In this document: positions 37,528 to 49,155 of the stretch, one piece after another
Numbering within the stretch: position 1 is the first letter of the stretch
How the letters are laid out: every line of letters starts with the position of its first letter
Source of the DNA: Octopus sinensis
Lineage: Eukaryota
DNA: 64,000 nt
Assembly (NCBI RefSeq): GCF_006345805.1
Contig: NC_042997.1
Coordinates: 126,046,001 to 126,110,000 of the forward strand
Direction: 5' to 3'
Made by a program: the position numbers and the translations under genes
Notes under the pieces: generated by a model
Database searches by the model: none
Told to the model about the DNA's origin: nothing
The model's input: only the letters and a program-made list of their open reading frames with translations

Positions 37528-37566
<39 letters not shown>

Positions 37567-37570
37567 CACA

Positions 37571-37612
<42 letters not shown>

Positions 37613-37739
37613 GAAATGAGGTAGTCAGAAGATCGGATGGTTTATATTTACAGATATTTATTTGTATATTACATTTTTTATATATATATCATATCACTTA
37701 GATCATAGCGCTTTCTCCCATTCTAGTGGGGGTTTTCAA

Positions 37740-37831
<92 letters not shown>

Positions 37832-38921
37832 GCCACCCCACCCCCAACATCGCTTGACAACCGATGCTGGTGTGTTTACGTCCCCGTAACTTAGCGGTTC
37901 GGCAAAAAAGACCGATAGAATAAGTACTAGGCTTACAAAGAATAAGTCCTGGAGTCGATTTGCTCGACTAAAGGCGGTGCTCCAGCATGGCCGCAGTAAA
38001 AATGACTGAAACAAGTAAAAGAGTATAAATTTAATTACAGAAGAATCCACTACAGCTGATAGGATTTAATATCTGAAGTTCATGAAGATGGCAAGCTGTC
38101 AGAATCGTTAATACACTCGGCAAAATGTTTCCCTCTTTACGTTGAGAGTTCAAATTCTGCTGAGGTCGACTTTGCTTTTCAACCTAACAATGTCAATAAA
38201 ATAATTACTAGTTGAGCACTGCATCGATATAATCAATTTATCCTCTCCTCGAACTTGCTGGCCTTGAGCCGGATTAAAAAATATTATTTTATCTCACTTA
38301 TAAATAAGTAAAGTCCGAGGTTCAAGGAAGCTGGTGAATGCCTGTTTCAACAACAAAAATTCTTGGATTAATAATTTTATTTTCTCTTAGGCGTAGACTT
38401 TTGCGAACTCCCCTTATAATTATGAGACAAATTTTATCATAATACGAGCCCAAGCCAGAGTAAATGTTTTCTCAGTTTTGAAGTTAGTGGGATTGTCCAA
38501 GGAGAATGGGAAGAGGCCCAATGGATTTACCCTCGGCTTTTGGGTTAGAAGTATGTGATGCCCTTGTTAATGACGCCTTTTCTCTATCACAAAACCTAAA
38601 TGTCGGGGAAGAGATGGGATTGGTTACGTTAGTGTAGTAACTGAATAAGATGCTGAAATATTGTAATTTGTAGGTGAATTATATATTTTAACCTGCAGCA
38701 TTCGAGACGTTTAGAGAAGCCTAGCCGCTAACGACGCCGGAGTTCCGTCTTACTGAAGTATGAAGTGTTTGTCATTAGAATGAGTCGCTTTTCCGACACC
38801 TCATCCTAGTGATAACTGGCGGCAAGACCGCGATTTATATGGGGATGTCTTAAAACTTAATTTAGAGAAAAATTCCAGTATTCTCTATATAAAATGTGTA
38901 ACCGAGGGAGTGTGTGTACAT

Positions 38922-38929
38922 TATCGATA
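38922..38929. promoter_or_regulatory. DRE-like element TATCGATA upstream of POLA2
   Basis: Perfect DRE octamer about 510 bp upstream of the ATG. It was the only perfect copy I noticed in the window. Function is inferred. Confidence 0.4.
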
Positions 38930-39346
38930 CTTTTATATTGTTATTATATTCTTAATGAATAAACATTACCGATCATGTACTGACATTATTTAATTATTGT
39001 AATCTAAATAAAGTTCATGATATCATTTGTTTTACCTTAAACAAACTAAAGATTAACTCGATTCATTCCACCAGTTATACTTCAATTATTATTATTATTA
39101 TTATTTATATTCCCTAACACGACAATTTTGACAGATATCTATTTGCTGCGGATCTATATTTTCTTCTGTTGTCAAAATCAAATTTCAGTCGGTAAAAGAA
39201 AATAGTTTTATTTGGAATAATTCCTTCATTAACTCTTTGTTTTAACTATTTAAATGTGTTATGTACAACTCTGCGTATTAAAACACAATCGCAGTTTTTA
39301 AGATTATGCTGTATATGTTTAAAAGACGAGAATTTAAGTCCGCAGT

Positions 39347-39364
39347 AAATTGCGCGGGTAATTT
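39347..39364. promoter_or_regulatory. E2F-like site in the CpG-enriched POLA2 proximal region
   Basis: AAATTGCGCGGGTAATTT (TTACCCGC on the minus strand, versus consensus TTTSSCGC), about 70 bp upstream of the ATG. Confidence 0.4.
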
Positions 39365-39434
39365 GTTCTGTGGATCCATCTGTGTGCGGAAGCATTTAAA
39401 TAAAGGAGTCTTTTATATCTGTACTTAAGACAGG

Positions 39435-39507
39435 ATGGAAACTCTATCAGAAGAACTGAAATCTAAATTTCAGCTGGAAGATGACGAAAATGATGTTTTG
39501 GATAAAC
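39435..39507 (+). CDS. POLA2: DNA polymerase alpha subunit B, coding exon 1
   Basis: Translates METLSEELKSKFQLEDDENDVLDK, similar to human MSASAQQLAEELQIFGLDCEEALIEK. GTAAGT donor, phase 1. Confidence 0.9.
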
Positions 39508-40929
39508 GTAAGTGAAAATTGCTGTATCACAGTTATTGTTTTATTGACTAGTTGCGTGTTATACAAGCTAATAATTATACACTAATAAGTACTATTAATC
39601 TATATTTCTCTATAATATCTATCCCCGTGCTTATACAAAACAAATCAGTATTACTTGCGTAAAATAAGTGCAAGTCTTTTACGAAATTTGGGTCGACGAG
39701 TCGGTTTTGATCTTCGATTGAAACTGATTCACCGACAGAATTGTAACTGGAAAAATATTGACAACTTCCATTTCCATATATAACTGTAGATTTGTGATAA
39801 TCTCGCTTACAGAAATCTGTGTAGTGATAAAAATCTCTCGATTTCGATTCCTAATGACTTACCGACCATGAAATTCTAGAATATCGCCGTTGTAGCTATT
39901 TTACATTCTCTATTAAACATGTAACATCCCAAATCTCAACAGTAAAAGATCATCTGGATATGCAAGTGGCGCAGTTTATTGCTGCAGCACAGTTCAAATA
40001 CACTTTCTCTCTTACACATTTCCCAACTTCACTCCCAAAACCAACCTCACGGACACAGTAGTAACACCCCCAGAACACGACTGCAACACTCCTTTCGTTC
40101 AGATCAGACACATCAGCAACGCACTAGAACAGTAACACAAGACAATCTCCCCACCTCATTCAATTCAAACATATCTACAACACCACAAAGCACTACCGCA
40201 ATGTCATCTTAAAAGCATAACCTTCAGACCTCTGGTCTGAATGTGAAGGATAATATTTTTGAGCCTATGCAAAATTCATAATAGGCCCAAAGTTAGATGT
40301 AAAATCATTGTCCTCCCACTCTTCCATGTTTGCAGGGTTGACTGGATCTTCTCTTGTGCTGCATTTCGCTGTTGCAATTCTTTGCCATCTCCTCTGAGGA
40401 ATTCAGCCTCTTGAAATCATCTTTTATCACTTCTTCACTTGTCATTCTTGTTGGTCCCATTTCAGCTGGATAAAGGCCCAAGCTAGCTTTGGAATGTAGA
40501 TGACTCCTGTTTGAAATCATTTGTTAAGTATTAAAAACATGATTTCTGTATGGGTTGGGATATATTCATGTGGTATACATGTACATACAAGAGACAGTTC
40601 AAAACACATTGGTTGGTGGAAGAATGGAAACAACATAAGGTTGAAACACTCTAGTCTGGCTGAAGATATGACAATCTCTGTATTGTTGGTGCTTTTATTA
40701 AAATGTACTCAGTATGTTTCGTAAAGGGGTTGGTATTAGGAAGGGCATTCAGCCATAGAAACCATTCCAAAAATAGAACATACAAATGAGATGTGGTTCT
40801 TACTTGGGTAAGAGTATCTCTGAATAAGAATAAGAACTGGCTCGAACTGTTATGCTCTGTCCAATCCATTCTAGTGTGGAAAAGCACATATAAAGGATGA
40901 TGTAAGGTTTTACCAAAGGTCCATGCCCT

Positions 40930-41076
40930 TGTTTTTAACAGGGGGAAGTCGGTACTTTCCATCTGGTCTGCTCTCAAAGCAGAATCTGTAACAGATTTAG
41001 AAAAGAAATTCCAGGTGTGGAAGCAAAACCTAGAATCAAAGAGCATTAAGGTTAACTTAGCAAAGACGAAGGTTCT
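40930..41076 (+). mobile_element. RTE RT fragment joined directly to a family C 3' UTR piece
   Basis: LEKKFQVWKQNLESKSIKVNLAKTKVL matches the element at 2316-3400 and abuts family C sequence at 41077. Confidence 0.75.
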
Positions 41077-41295
41077 GACTGGCCCTCGTGCCGGTGGCAC
41101 ATAAAAGTACACACTACACTCTCAGAGTGGTTGGCATTAGGAAGGGCATCGAGCTGTCGAAACTTTGCCAGATCAGATTGGAATCTGGTGCAGTCTTCTG
41201 GCTCACCAGCCCTCAGTCAAACTGTCCAACCCATGCCAGCATGGAAAGCAGACGTTAAACGACGATGAATTGAAGTTGAGGTTCAACTTCAATTC

Positions 41296-41670
41296 CCACC
41301 ATCCATACAGCGTAAAGAGAGGGATTGCTCAGTGTCTAAAACATTGTGCAAAGAATATAAGTAGCGATCGTGATACACACCATGAGGAAATGATCTGTTA
41401 AGCAACAACTACCCCAAAAGTATACTATCCTCTCCAATTATGAAAAAGAGAGAAGATGAGACAAAAAAACTGTCCACATTCTGTCTACCCTATGTGAAAG
41501 GCCTTTCCAAAAAGATACTAAAGATACGCGGCCCATATGACATCAGGACAGTATTCAAGAGTAATACAACACTTCGGAAATATCTCCTTTGAGTAAAACC
41601 ACCAATAGAAGAGAATATGACCAAAGATTGTGTGTACTCCATCCCACGCAGCTGTGGTAGGTTATACAAA
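41296..41670 (+). mobile_element. Penelope-like element fragment (RT C-terminus to start of GIY-YIG)
   Basis: Broken frame gives TFCLPYVKGLSKKILKI...IRTVFKSNTTLRKYL...CVYSIPRSCGRLY, typical of PLE ORFs. Confidence 0.8.
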
Positions 41671-42263
41671 TTCAGATTAAAGCCTGGTCATACTATCTTT
41701 TTCATCATCATTATCCAGTGTTTTAAATCTGAGTTTTGTCTCTGTTAACAGGGGTGGCCAGATCTACCTCAGTAGGTGCAGCCCACCCCAGCCTTTGGGC
41801 TGGCTGGTGCCCATTCTCCTTTGCTGTCATGAGGCTTTTTTGGAGCTGGATTTTCTACGGAGAGCATGCCCTTGCTTACCCCCAATCTCAGTTTCTAGAT
41901 ATGGATGGTCCCGAGACCAAGACGTCTACCACAATTTTTAAAAATGTGGTGGGAAACTAGCTCAGGAAGGCAGGGATGCTACTGCTTGAGGCTCCTTTTG
42001 GAGCCCCTCTACCATTCTTGTATAAGAAAATTTGTTTTGCATCGATTCTGTGTACACTAACAGATTTCCACAAGTATATCCAGTAAAAGGAATATTCCTA
42101 CTGTATGATAGCACATGGTAGCCGATAACCATTGAAGGGCTTTGAAATGCATGTTAAAAATATATGCCAGAATGAAAGAATGATATTAAATTATTAAGAT
42201 GACGATAATGATTAACCATTGCATGAGCTCATCTAATTCTATGAGTTATGTTTTTATTTTCAG

Positions 42264-42397
42264 TTTATGAACTTCTTCACAGCTACAAACTGGAAGTCAG
42301 TGACTTGCATGATCACTGGATTGCTTTCCTCATGACTAAAAAAATGGATTTGGTTACAAAACCTTCACTGAAGTTGGCTTCAATAATGCAGAGAGAC
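42264..42397 (+). CDS. POLA2: POLA2 exon 2
   Basis: Translates LYELLHSYKLEVSDLHDHWIAFLMTKKMDLVTKPSLKLASIMQRD (N-terminal domain). TTTCAG acceptor, GTAAGT donor, 134 nt. Confidence 0.92.
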
Positions 42398-42563
42398 GTA
42401 AGTGACCCTTTGGCATTGTTTAAAGAAAATAATGTTTTTATTTTTAAATTCTATCTCTTATCATATCTAATAATACTAGGTATTATTATATCTAATAGTT
42501 CTCTGTATTATTATGCCTGATAATTAAATTTCTTATCAATTCTATTTTTTATCATATCTTTAT

Positions 42564-42600
<37 letters not shown>

Positions 42601-43421
42601 AACAAGTTTCTTTCAGTTTCCATCTACCAAATCCTCTCACAAGGCTATAGTAGAAGACACTTGCCCAAGGTGCCATGCAAGGGGACTGCACCCAGAACCA
42701 TGTGGTCACGAAGCAAGCTTCTTACCACACATCCACACCTACATATATCTATCTATCTATATTAATAAAATAAAATAAAAAAACATATATATATATATAT
42801 ATATAATTCCAAGAAAGTTAGAGGTTGTGAATCCAACCAACTAAGGGATAATATCTATTCAATATACTGCTGGTAGAATACCCAATTATTAATACAAAAG
42901 TGTTTTTTCATTGCATGGCAATTACACTACTGAATGTAATAAATGGATGAGGGTAAAAAGTTGTTTTACCCTTAATTTATAGAGCAATAAGAAAATGGAG
43001 TGTTAGTTACTATATAACCACTTACCTAATTGGCAGAAATGTTCTTTGGTGGAATATTTTGTGAACACTGACTGGCTCCCAGCTGGTGGCGTGTAAAAAG
43101 CACCCACTACACTCTTGGAGTGGTTGGTGTTAGGAAGGGCATCCATCTGTAGAAACCTTGCCAGATTAGACTGGGGCCTGGTGCAGCCTACTGGCTTGCC
43201 AGTCCTCAGTCAAACCGTCCAACCCATGCCAGCATAGAATGCAGATGTTAAACGATGATGATGATATTTTCTGGCATTGAGCTAATCAAATTTTTCAAAC
43301 CCCAAACAATTTGGTCAACTTATACACAAAGGCAATTTTGGAGGACCAAAAGCTCCATCTGAAATGCATTAAGATTTGGAAAGATAATGATGATGTTTGA
43401 GTGTTTATACTATATACTTTA

Positions 43422-43584
43422 AGCACAGGTGTGGCTGTGTGGTAAGAAGTTTGTTTCCAAACCTCTTGGTTCCAGGTTCAGTCCCACTGCGTGACACCTT
43501 GGGCAAATGTCTTCTACTATAGCCTTGGGCCGGCCAAAGCCTTGTGAGTGGATTTGGTAGATGGAAACTGAAAGCAGCCTGTCG

Positions 43585-43622
<38 letters not shown>

Positions 43623-43825
43623 GTGTGTGTGATTGTATTTGTCCCCCACCATCGCTTGACAACTGATGTTGGTGTATTTACGTCTCTGTAACTTAGAAGT
43701 TCAGCAAAAGAGACCAATAGAATAAGTACTAGGCTTATGAAGAATAAGTCCTGGGGTCAATTTGTTCAACTAAAGGCGGTGCTCCAGTATGGCAGCAATC
43801 AAATGACTGAAACAAGTAAAAGAAT
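43422..43825 (+). mobile_element. Full-length tRNA-derived SINE family B (CORE-like segment, internal TA/TG microsatellite)
   Basis: Head GTGGCTGTGTGGTAAG...GGTTCAGTCCCACTG, segment CCTTGGGCAAGTGTCTTCTACTATAGCC, tail TGACTGAAACAAGTAAAAGA. Similar copies near 10740-11105(-), 20780-21095(-), 23693-24032(-), 24510-25165, 35567-35765, 49343-49748 and 62653-63011. Confidence 0.85.
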
Positions 43826-44252
43826 ACTACCAACTTGTATGCCAGAAAATACAGAAAATGTCCATGTATGTCCACTTGTCATCGTATACTGCTGATTGAT
43901 AGCTATTCACTGCTATTTATTTTGCTCTATCTTGCTTTCCTTTCAGAACGTCTGTCCTTACGTTCTGAGCTGAAATTCCGCTGAGGTCAGCTTTGCCTTT
44001 CATTCTTTTGGTGTCGAGAAATTAAGTACCAGTTTCGGATTGGGGTCAATGTAAATGACTGACGCCCTCCCCCAAAATTTCAGGTCTTGTGCCTAGAGTT
44101 AAAATAATAATAATAATAATAATAAATTACTTTAGATATTCTATCATTGCTAAGTAATTAGTAACTTTTGGTTGTTAAACTTCTCCAGCAGTTCTAAGAA
44201 TTGATAATCACAGCTTTAAATTGAAACTAAACTGTTATTCTTATATCTACAG

Positions 44253-44338
44253 GTTCTTTCTAAGAAAGCTATTGCTGCCAACAACAACAACAACAGCAGC
44301 ATAACTGAAACAGAATCAATAGAAGATCCGTCAGGATT
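44253..44338 (+). CDS. POLA2: POLA2 exon 3 (ends at a U12-type donor)
   Basis: CTACAG acceptor, VLSKKAIAANNNNNSSITETESIEDPSG, followed by GTATCCTTT. 86 nt, phases 0 to 2. Confidence 0.88.
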
Positions 44339-45889
44339 GTATCCTTTATCGATGTCACGGTCCCTTTGATCTATACTTCTGATGCCAGTGTTAGGTGGAG
44401 CAATGTCTCAATATGGAGGGCTGTGGTACACCAGTACCATAGTTGTATGAGTGTTATATTGGTGAAAAATTAGTGTGGGGCAGTGAGCTGGCAGAAACGT
44501 TAGCACGCCAGGTGAAGTGCTTAGCGGTATTTCAGTTATGCACTGGGATTGATATAATCGACTTAATGGCCTCGGGCCGTCTGCCAGCCTCGTCTGGCAC
44601 CTGTGTCGGTGGCACATAAAAAACACCATCCGAGCGTGGCCGTCTGCCAGCCTCGTCTGGCACCTGTGTCGGTGGCACATAAAAACACCATCCGAGCGTG
44701 GCCGTCTGCCAGCCTCGTCTGGCACCTGTGTCGGTGGCACATAAAATCACCCACTACACTCTCGGAGTGGTTGGCGTTAGGAAGGGCATCCAGCTGTAGA
44801 AACACTGCCAGATCTGACTGGCCTGGTGTAGCCTTCGGGCTTGCCAGACCCCAGTTGAATCGTCCAACCCATGCTAGCATGGAAAGCGGACGTTAAACGA
44901 ACGATGATGAATGCGTTTGTCTGTCCTTGTTTGTCCTCTCTGTGTTTAGCCCCTTGTGGATAGTAAAGAAATAGTTAAGTACGACTGTTACTTAGTCTAT
45001 AGTTATAATTGTTGTGATGTCCGGACAGTGGCTGTTGTCTCCCTTGTAAGACACTGCCATTTCTGATGACCAACAAACTCAGCCTTGCACACTGTACTTC
45101 TATTGTTTATACTATATCAAAAAATATGTTCCCATTACCTGAATGTATACTACATAATGTTTCCACTACCATACTGCAAACTACACGACCACCACCAACA
45201 TATGTTCTCACTATGCACTATATATGTCCCCCATTACTTCATTCCACCACAACACTATGTCCCCATTAACCACCACACATTGTCCTCACTACACATCACA
45301 TAATATATCCTCATTAGCACACCCCCATACACCTTACAATATATCTTCACTACCGCCACACTACATCCCATACAATATATTCCCTCTATAACATTTTTTT
45401 CTTATTTTATTCACTCAAAAACTCATTTCCAAAGTTTGTATCATTAAAACTCTAAAAACATTAAGAGATGTGAAATAATGTTGTTTTTTTTATACTGCGG
45501 GTACTTGAAGTAGATAAAGCTGTAAATAATAGAATGTAAATATTGTGTTAAAAAGCCTCTTTGAGTAGAAAAAGTCGAATGCTGCCTCTTAGACTGCAAC
45601 CCACATCTTCTGTAGAAAAATTTAAAGGATTGCTTTGGTATAATGGTAGAACATCTGTCATGTCTACAGAAGATGTGTGTACAAGTCCTACAGGTAGCCT
45701 TCAATGTTTTCTATCCAAATGGTTTTTTATTAACCCAATAATGTAATTATCTATAGCTTTATCTACTATGAGTTCTACCTTTAAAAAAGAAAAAAAAACG
45801 AATTGTTTCCAAAGTATTTTTGTACCATGAAATATTGGAATGTTTCCTCTACATATTACTGTTGATTATTTTCCTTGACCAGTGTCCAG
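44339..45889 (+). other. U12-type (minor spliceosome) GT-AG intron, POLA2 intron 3
   Basis: 5' splice site GTATCCTTT at 44339-44347. Branch site TTTTCCTTGAC at 45869-45879, with its A 11 nt before the end of the terminal CAG. The flanking exons join in frame. Confidence 0.88.
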
Positions 45890-45932
45890 TGAAGATATGA
45901 TGTCCATGTACAATGTAAAAACACCAAGTTCA
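45890..45932 (+). CDS. POLA2: POLA2 exon 4 (43 nt)
   Basis: Preceded by a TTTTCCTTGAC branch site and CAG. Translates EDMMSMYNVKTPSS, similar to human EEILLNSYTTPSK. GTAAGT donor, phases 2 to 0. Confidence 0.87.
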
Positions 45933-47350
45933 GTAAGTAAAAGATTGAATTGTTTGTTTGTTTAATGAGATAAAAGTTGTTTCTGATGGATTACTCTGGT
46001 GAATTTTTTAAAGTTGACCAAGTTTAGACCTAGAAAATGTTTGGAAGATGGATCATGGGAAAAGCATCCCTGGAGTAGAGAGGGCATGTCATTGACAAGC
46101 TTGCAAATGGTGATGAAAGGACTTTGACAAACCTGATCGATTGATTTGTTACGAAGAAAGTGATGGAAATCTCTTTGGATTTTTGATTAACCAAATTTTT
46201 ATTCTTTCCATAAATAAAAGGAAAATACTGTCATTACTATATATTAATAGTTATCACCAAGCTAACATGGCAGTCCAGATAAATAGGATGAATACTGCCG
46301 TTGATTAGCTCCAAGAGGCCATTGCCTCTAGCTAGCTATGTGACACACAAACCTGTGTCCATTATAACCTTCGAACAGGGGAGGTCAGCAGCTTCTCCTT
46401 GTTGGTCTGGCATCCTCAGACTAGTTTCGAGAACATCGAGAGAGTTTGAATGTTATTGTTCTTGGTGTAATTGTGGTAGCAGCCAAAAAGTTAGCTGTTG
46501 GTCATTACATTGCTGTTGCTGATTGTTCATTGTGGTTCTTGTCAGCAATTGTCTACTTCTATTTGCCATCTGCCTACTGTTTCTCAGTGCTCTCTGTCAA
46601 GTAGCTAAGATGTGCTGAATATATACTGATGGATAGACTCTGAGAGAAAGGCACGAAAATGTTGGTATTATTGCTGGAGTCAGTTCCGGGTGAAATTATG
46701 ATTGGTTAGAATTTTCTATTCCGTGAGTAATATTCAGGCAAATCATGACACCAGGTGTAGTAATCTGACTGCTAAATATTCCTGCTACAGATTAAACAAG
46801 TGATCAATCTAAAGATCGATTAGTTAATTGGTTAAATAGTTAACCAATTATGTCTGCCAAGCAGTGGGAGTTAGGAAATCTCTGCTGTTCATAATTCTTC
46901 ATCATCATTTAACGTCCGCTTTCCATGCTTGCATGGGTTAGACGATTTGACTGAGGACTGGCGAACCAGATGGCTGTACCAGGCTCCAGTCTGATCTGGC
47001 AGAGTTTCTACAGCTGGATGCTCTTCCTAACACCAGCCACTCCGAGAGTGTAGTGGGTGCTTTTATGTGCCACCGGTATGAGGGCTAGTCTGGCGGTACT
47101 GGCAACGGCCATGCTCAGATGGTGTTTTTTATGTGACACCTATACAGGAGTCAGTCCAGCAGCATTGGCAACAACCTCGCTCAAATGTTTTTTCCACGTG
47201 CCACCAGCACAAGGGCCAGTAAGACAATGCTAGTAATTTAGAATAAATCTGGTTTGACATGTTTTTAACCTTTCTAATGTAGGTGGATGATATTTAGTTA
47301 ATCTAGAAACTTCTCAAAAGTTAAAATGTTTGAAACTTTCTTCTATGTAG

Positions 47351-47451
47351 ATGTCTAAAAGTAAAAAACGACCAAGATCTCCAGATATTCCCAAGAAGTC
47401 ATTAAATACCAGTTTTAATGCACTACTACCAGAACTTTATTCCCCAAAGAG
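47351..47451 (+). CDS. POLA2: POLA2 exon 5
   Basis: Translates MSKSKKRPRSPDIPKKSLNTSFNALLPELYSPK, similar to human GSQKRAISTPETP...LLSPSSFSP. 101 nt, phases 0 to 2. Confidence 0.87.
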
Positions 47452-47621
47452 GTAATGACATTTTTATTTAATCATTCAGTAACTGTAGGGTTTAGGTATT
47501 AGACAAGTGATCACATAGTTTGAATGTGGTCAAGAGTTTACCATAGGTCATTATGTCTCATCATCATCATCATTTTAACATCCACTTTTGCATGCTTGCA
47601 AAACCTGAAGTTTATTGAAGA

Positions 47622-48013
47622 CTAGCAGTATCGCCTGGCGTTGCTCAGGTTTGTTTCGACCCTTTAGAATTGGAATTTTTGAAATGTAAAAATTTTGCAT
47701 TATGTGGCTTGTAATTCTCTTTAAGTGAACATATTTCTGGTTGAAATACACTGAAAAATGGCGACACAGCAGTAAAAAAATTGTAAAAAATAGGGATTTT
47801 CATAGAAAAAAAGCACCTTTTTGATGTAAATAACTTTTGGTGTTAACATGGTCTGATTTGAATTTTTTCTTTTACGGAAGGAAGAGCAAGCTTTCTTCTA
47901 TCATACTCTCAATTTTGGTCAACTTGTGTCACAGGGTCTTGGAGGAGATAGTGTTAGTTGAAGGCTACCAAACCTGCTATACACAGACAACTTCAGCTTT
48001 ATATATAGAGAGA
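47622..48013 (-). mobile_element. Non-autonomous Helitron
   Basis: A|TCTCTCTATATATAAAGC start and CCTGAGCAACGCCAGGCGATACTGCTAG|T end on the minus strand. Inserted at an AT site inside a family C repeat. Confidence 0.8.
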
Positions 48014-48770
48014 TTTTCTATGGCTGGATGCCATTCTTGTCACCAACCCTCACCTCTTTCCAAGCAAAGTAATACTTCCCCATGGCCAGTTTTAGCGAAA
48101 TTAATAGAAATGATTGACATTCATTTGCAACAATCATGTGATGTCAAGACAAAGAGACACATATGTATACTTTCTTACACACACACACAGAGCAACAAGC
48201 TGGCCTCCGTACCGATGGAACATTAAAAACACCATTCAAGCGGGATCGTTACCTGTGTCGACTTACTAGCACTTGTGCTGGTGGCACGTGAAAAAAACAT
48301 TCGAGCGAGGTCGTTGCCAGTGCCGCTGGACTGGCTTCTGTGCAGGTGGCAGATAAAAAGCACCATTTGAGCGTGGCCGTTGCCGGTACCACCTGACTGG
48401 CCCTCGTACGAGTGGCACGTAAAAGCACCCACTACACTCTCGGAGTGGTTGGCGTTAGGAAGGGCATCCAGCTGTAGAAAATCTGCTAGATTAGATTGGA
48501 GTCTGGTGCAGCCATCTGGTTTGCCAGACCTCAGTCAAATCGTTCAACCCATGCAAGCATGGAAAGTAGACGTTAAACGATGATGATAACACACATACAG
48601 TGAGCTTCTTTCAGTTTCTGCCTACTAAATCTACTCACAAGGGCTTGGTTGATCTGGGATTATAGTAGAAGATGCCTGCCAAAGATGCTATGCTGTGAGA
48701 TTGAACCTGAAATCATGTAGATGGTAAGCAAACTTCTTAGCCACACAGCCATGTCTGTACCTTATCTTTA

Positions 48771-49155
48771 TCACTCTCTATATAAACGGCAGTTTGTCTG
48801 TGCGTGTTTCTGTGTGTCTGTTTGCTTGTACCCTCACCCTGACCACGGCTTTCAACCGATTCTGATGAAACTTGACACACACATAGCCCAATGTCATAAT
48901 TCAAAACTAACGCAGCGAAAATTTTGAAAAGTTCACCCAGTTCTGAAAAATATCGCTAAATTCGACATGGGGTCGAGAATCAGAAACACAAACCACAAAC
49001 TGTCTAGGGGAAGCAACTCCACCTTTTTTAACTCTCAAAAAAAAATTTACCATCATTTTTTTCCATTTTTTTGCTATTTTTTGGCTATAACTCTCTACAA
49101 ATGCTTTATAGTTATTTCCCTTACAAACCTGAGCAACGCCGGGCGATACTGCTAG
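48771..49155 (+). mobile_element. Non-autonomous Helitron
   Basis: A|TC start, CTGT-rich 5' part, end CCTGAGCAACGCCGGGCGATACTGCTAG|T shared with the 47622 copy. Confidence 0.8.

Noticed and set aside
44575-44740. Three ~60-bp direct repeats resembling a CRISPR array
   Set aside because: Contiguous tandem units without unique spacers, part of the RTE 3' UTR family, in eukaryotic DNA with no cas genes.
45566-45746. 61-aa ORF with possible U2 splice sites inside the U12 intron
   Set aside because: No similarity to POLA2, and a U12 donor would not normally pair with a U2 acceptor. The 43-nt exon at 45890 already restores frame and homology.
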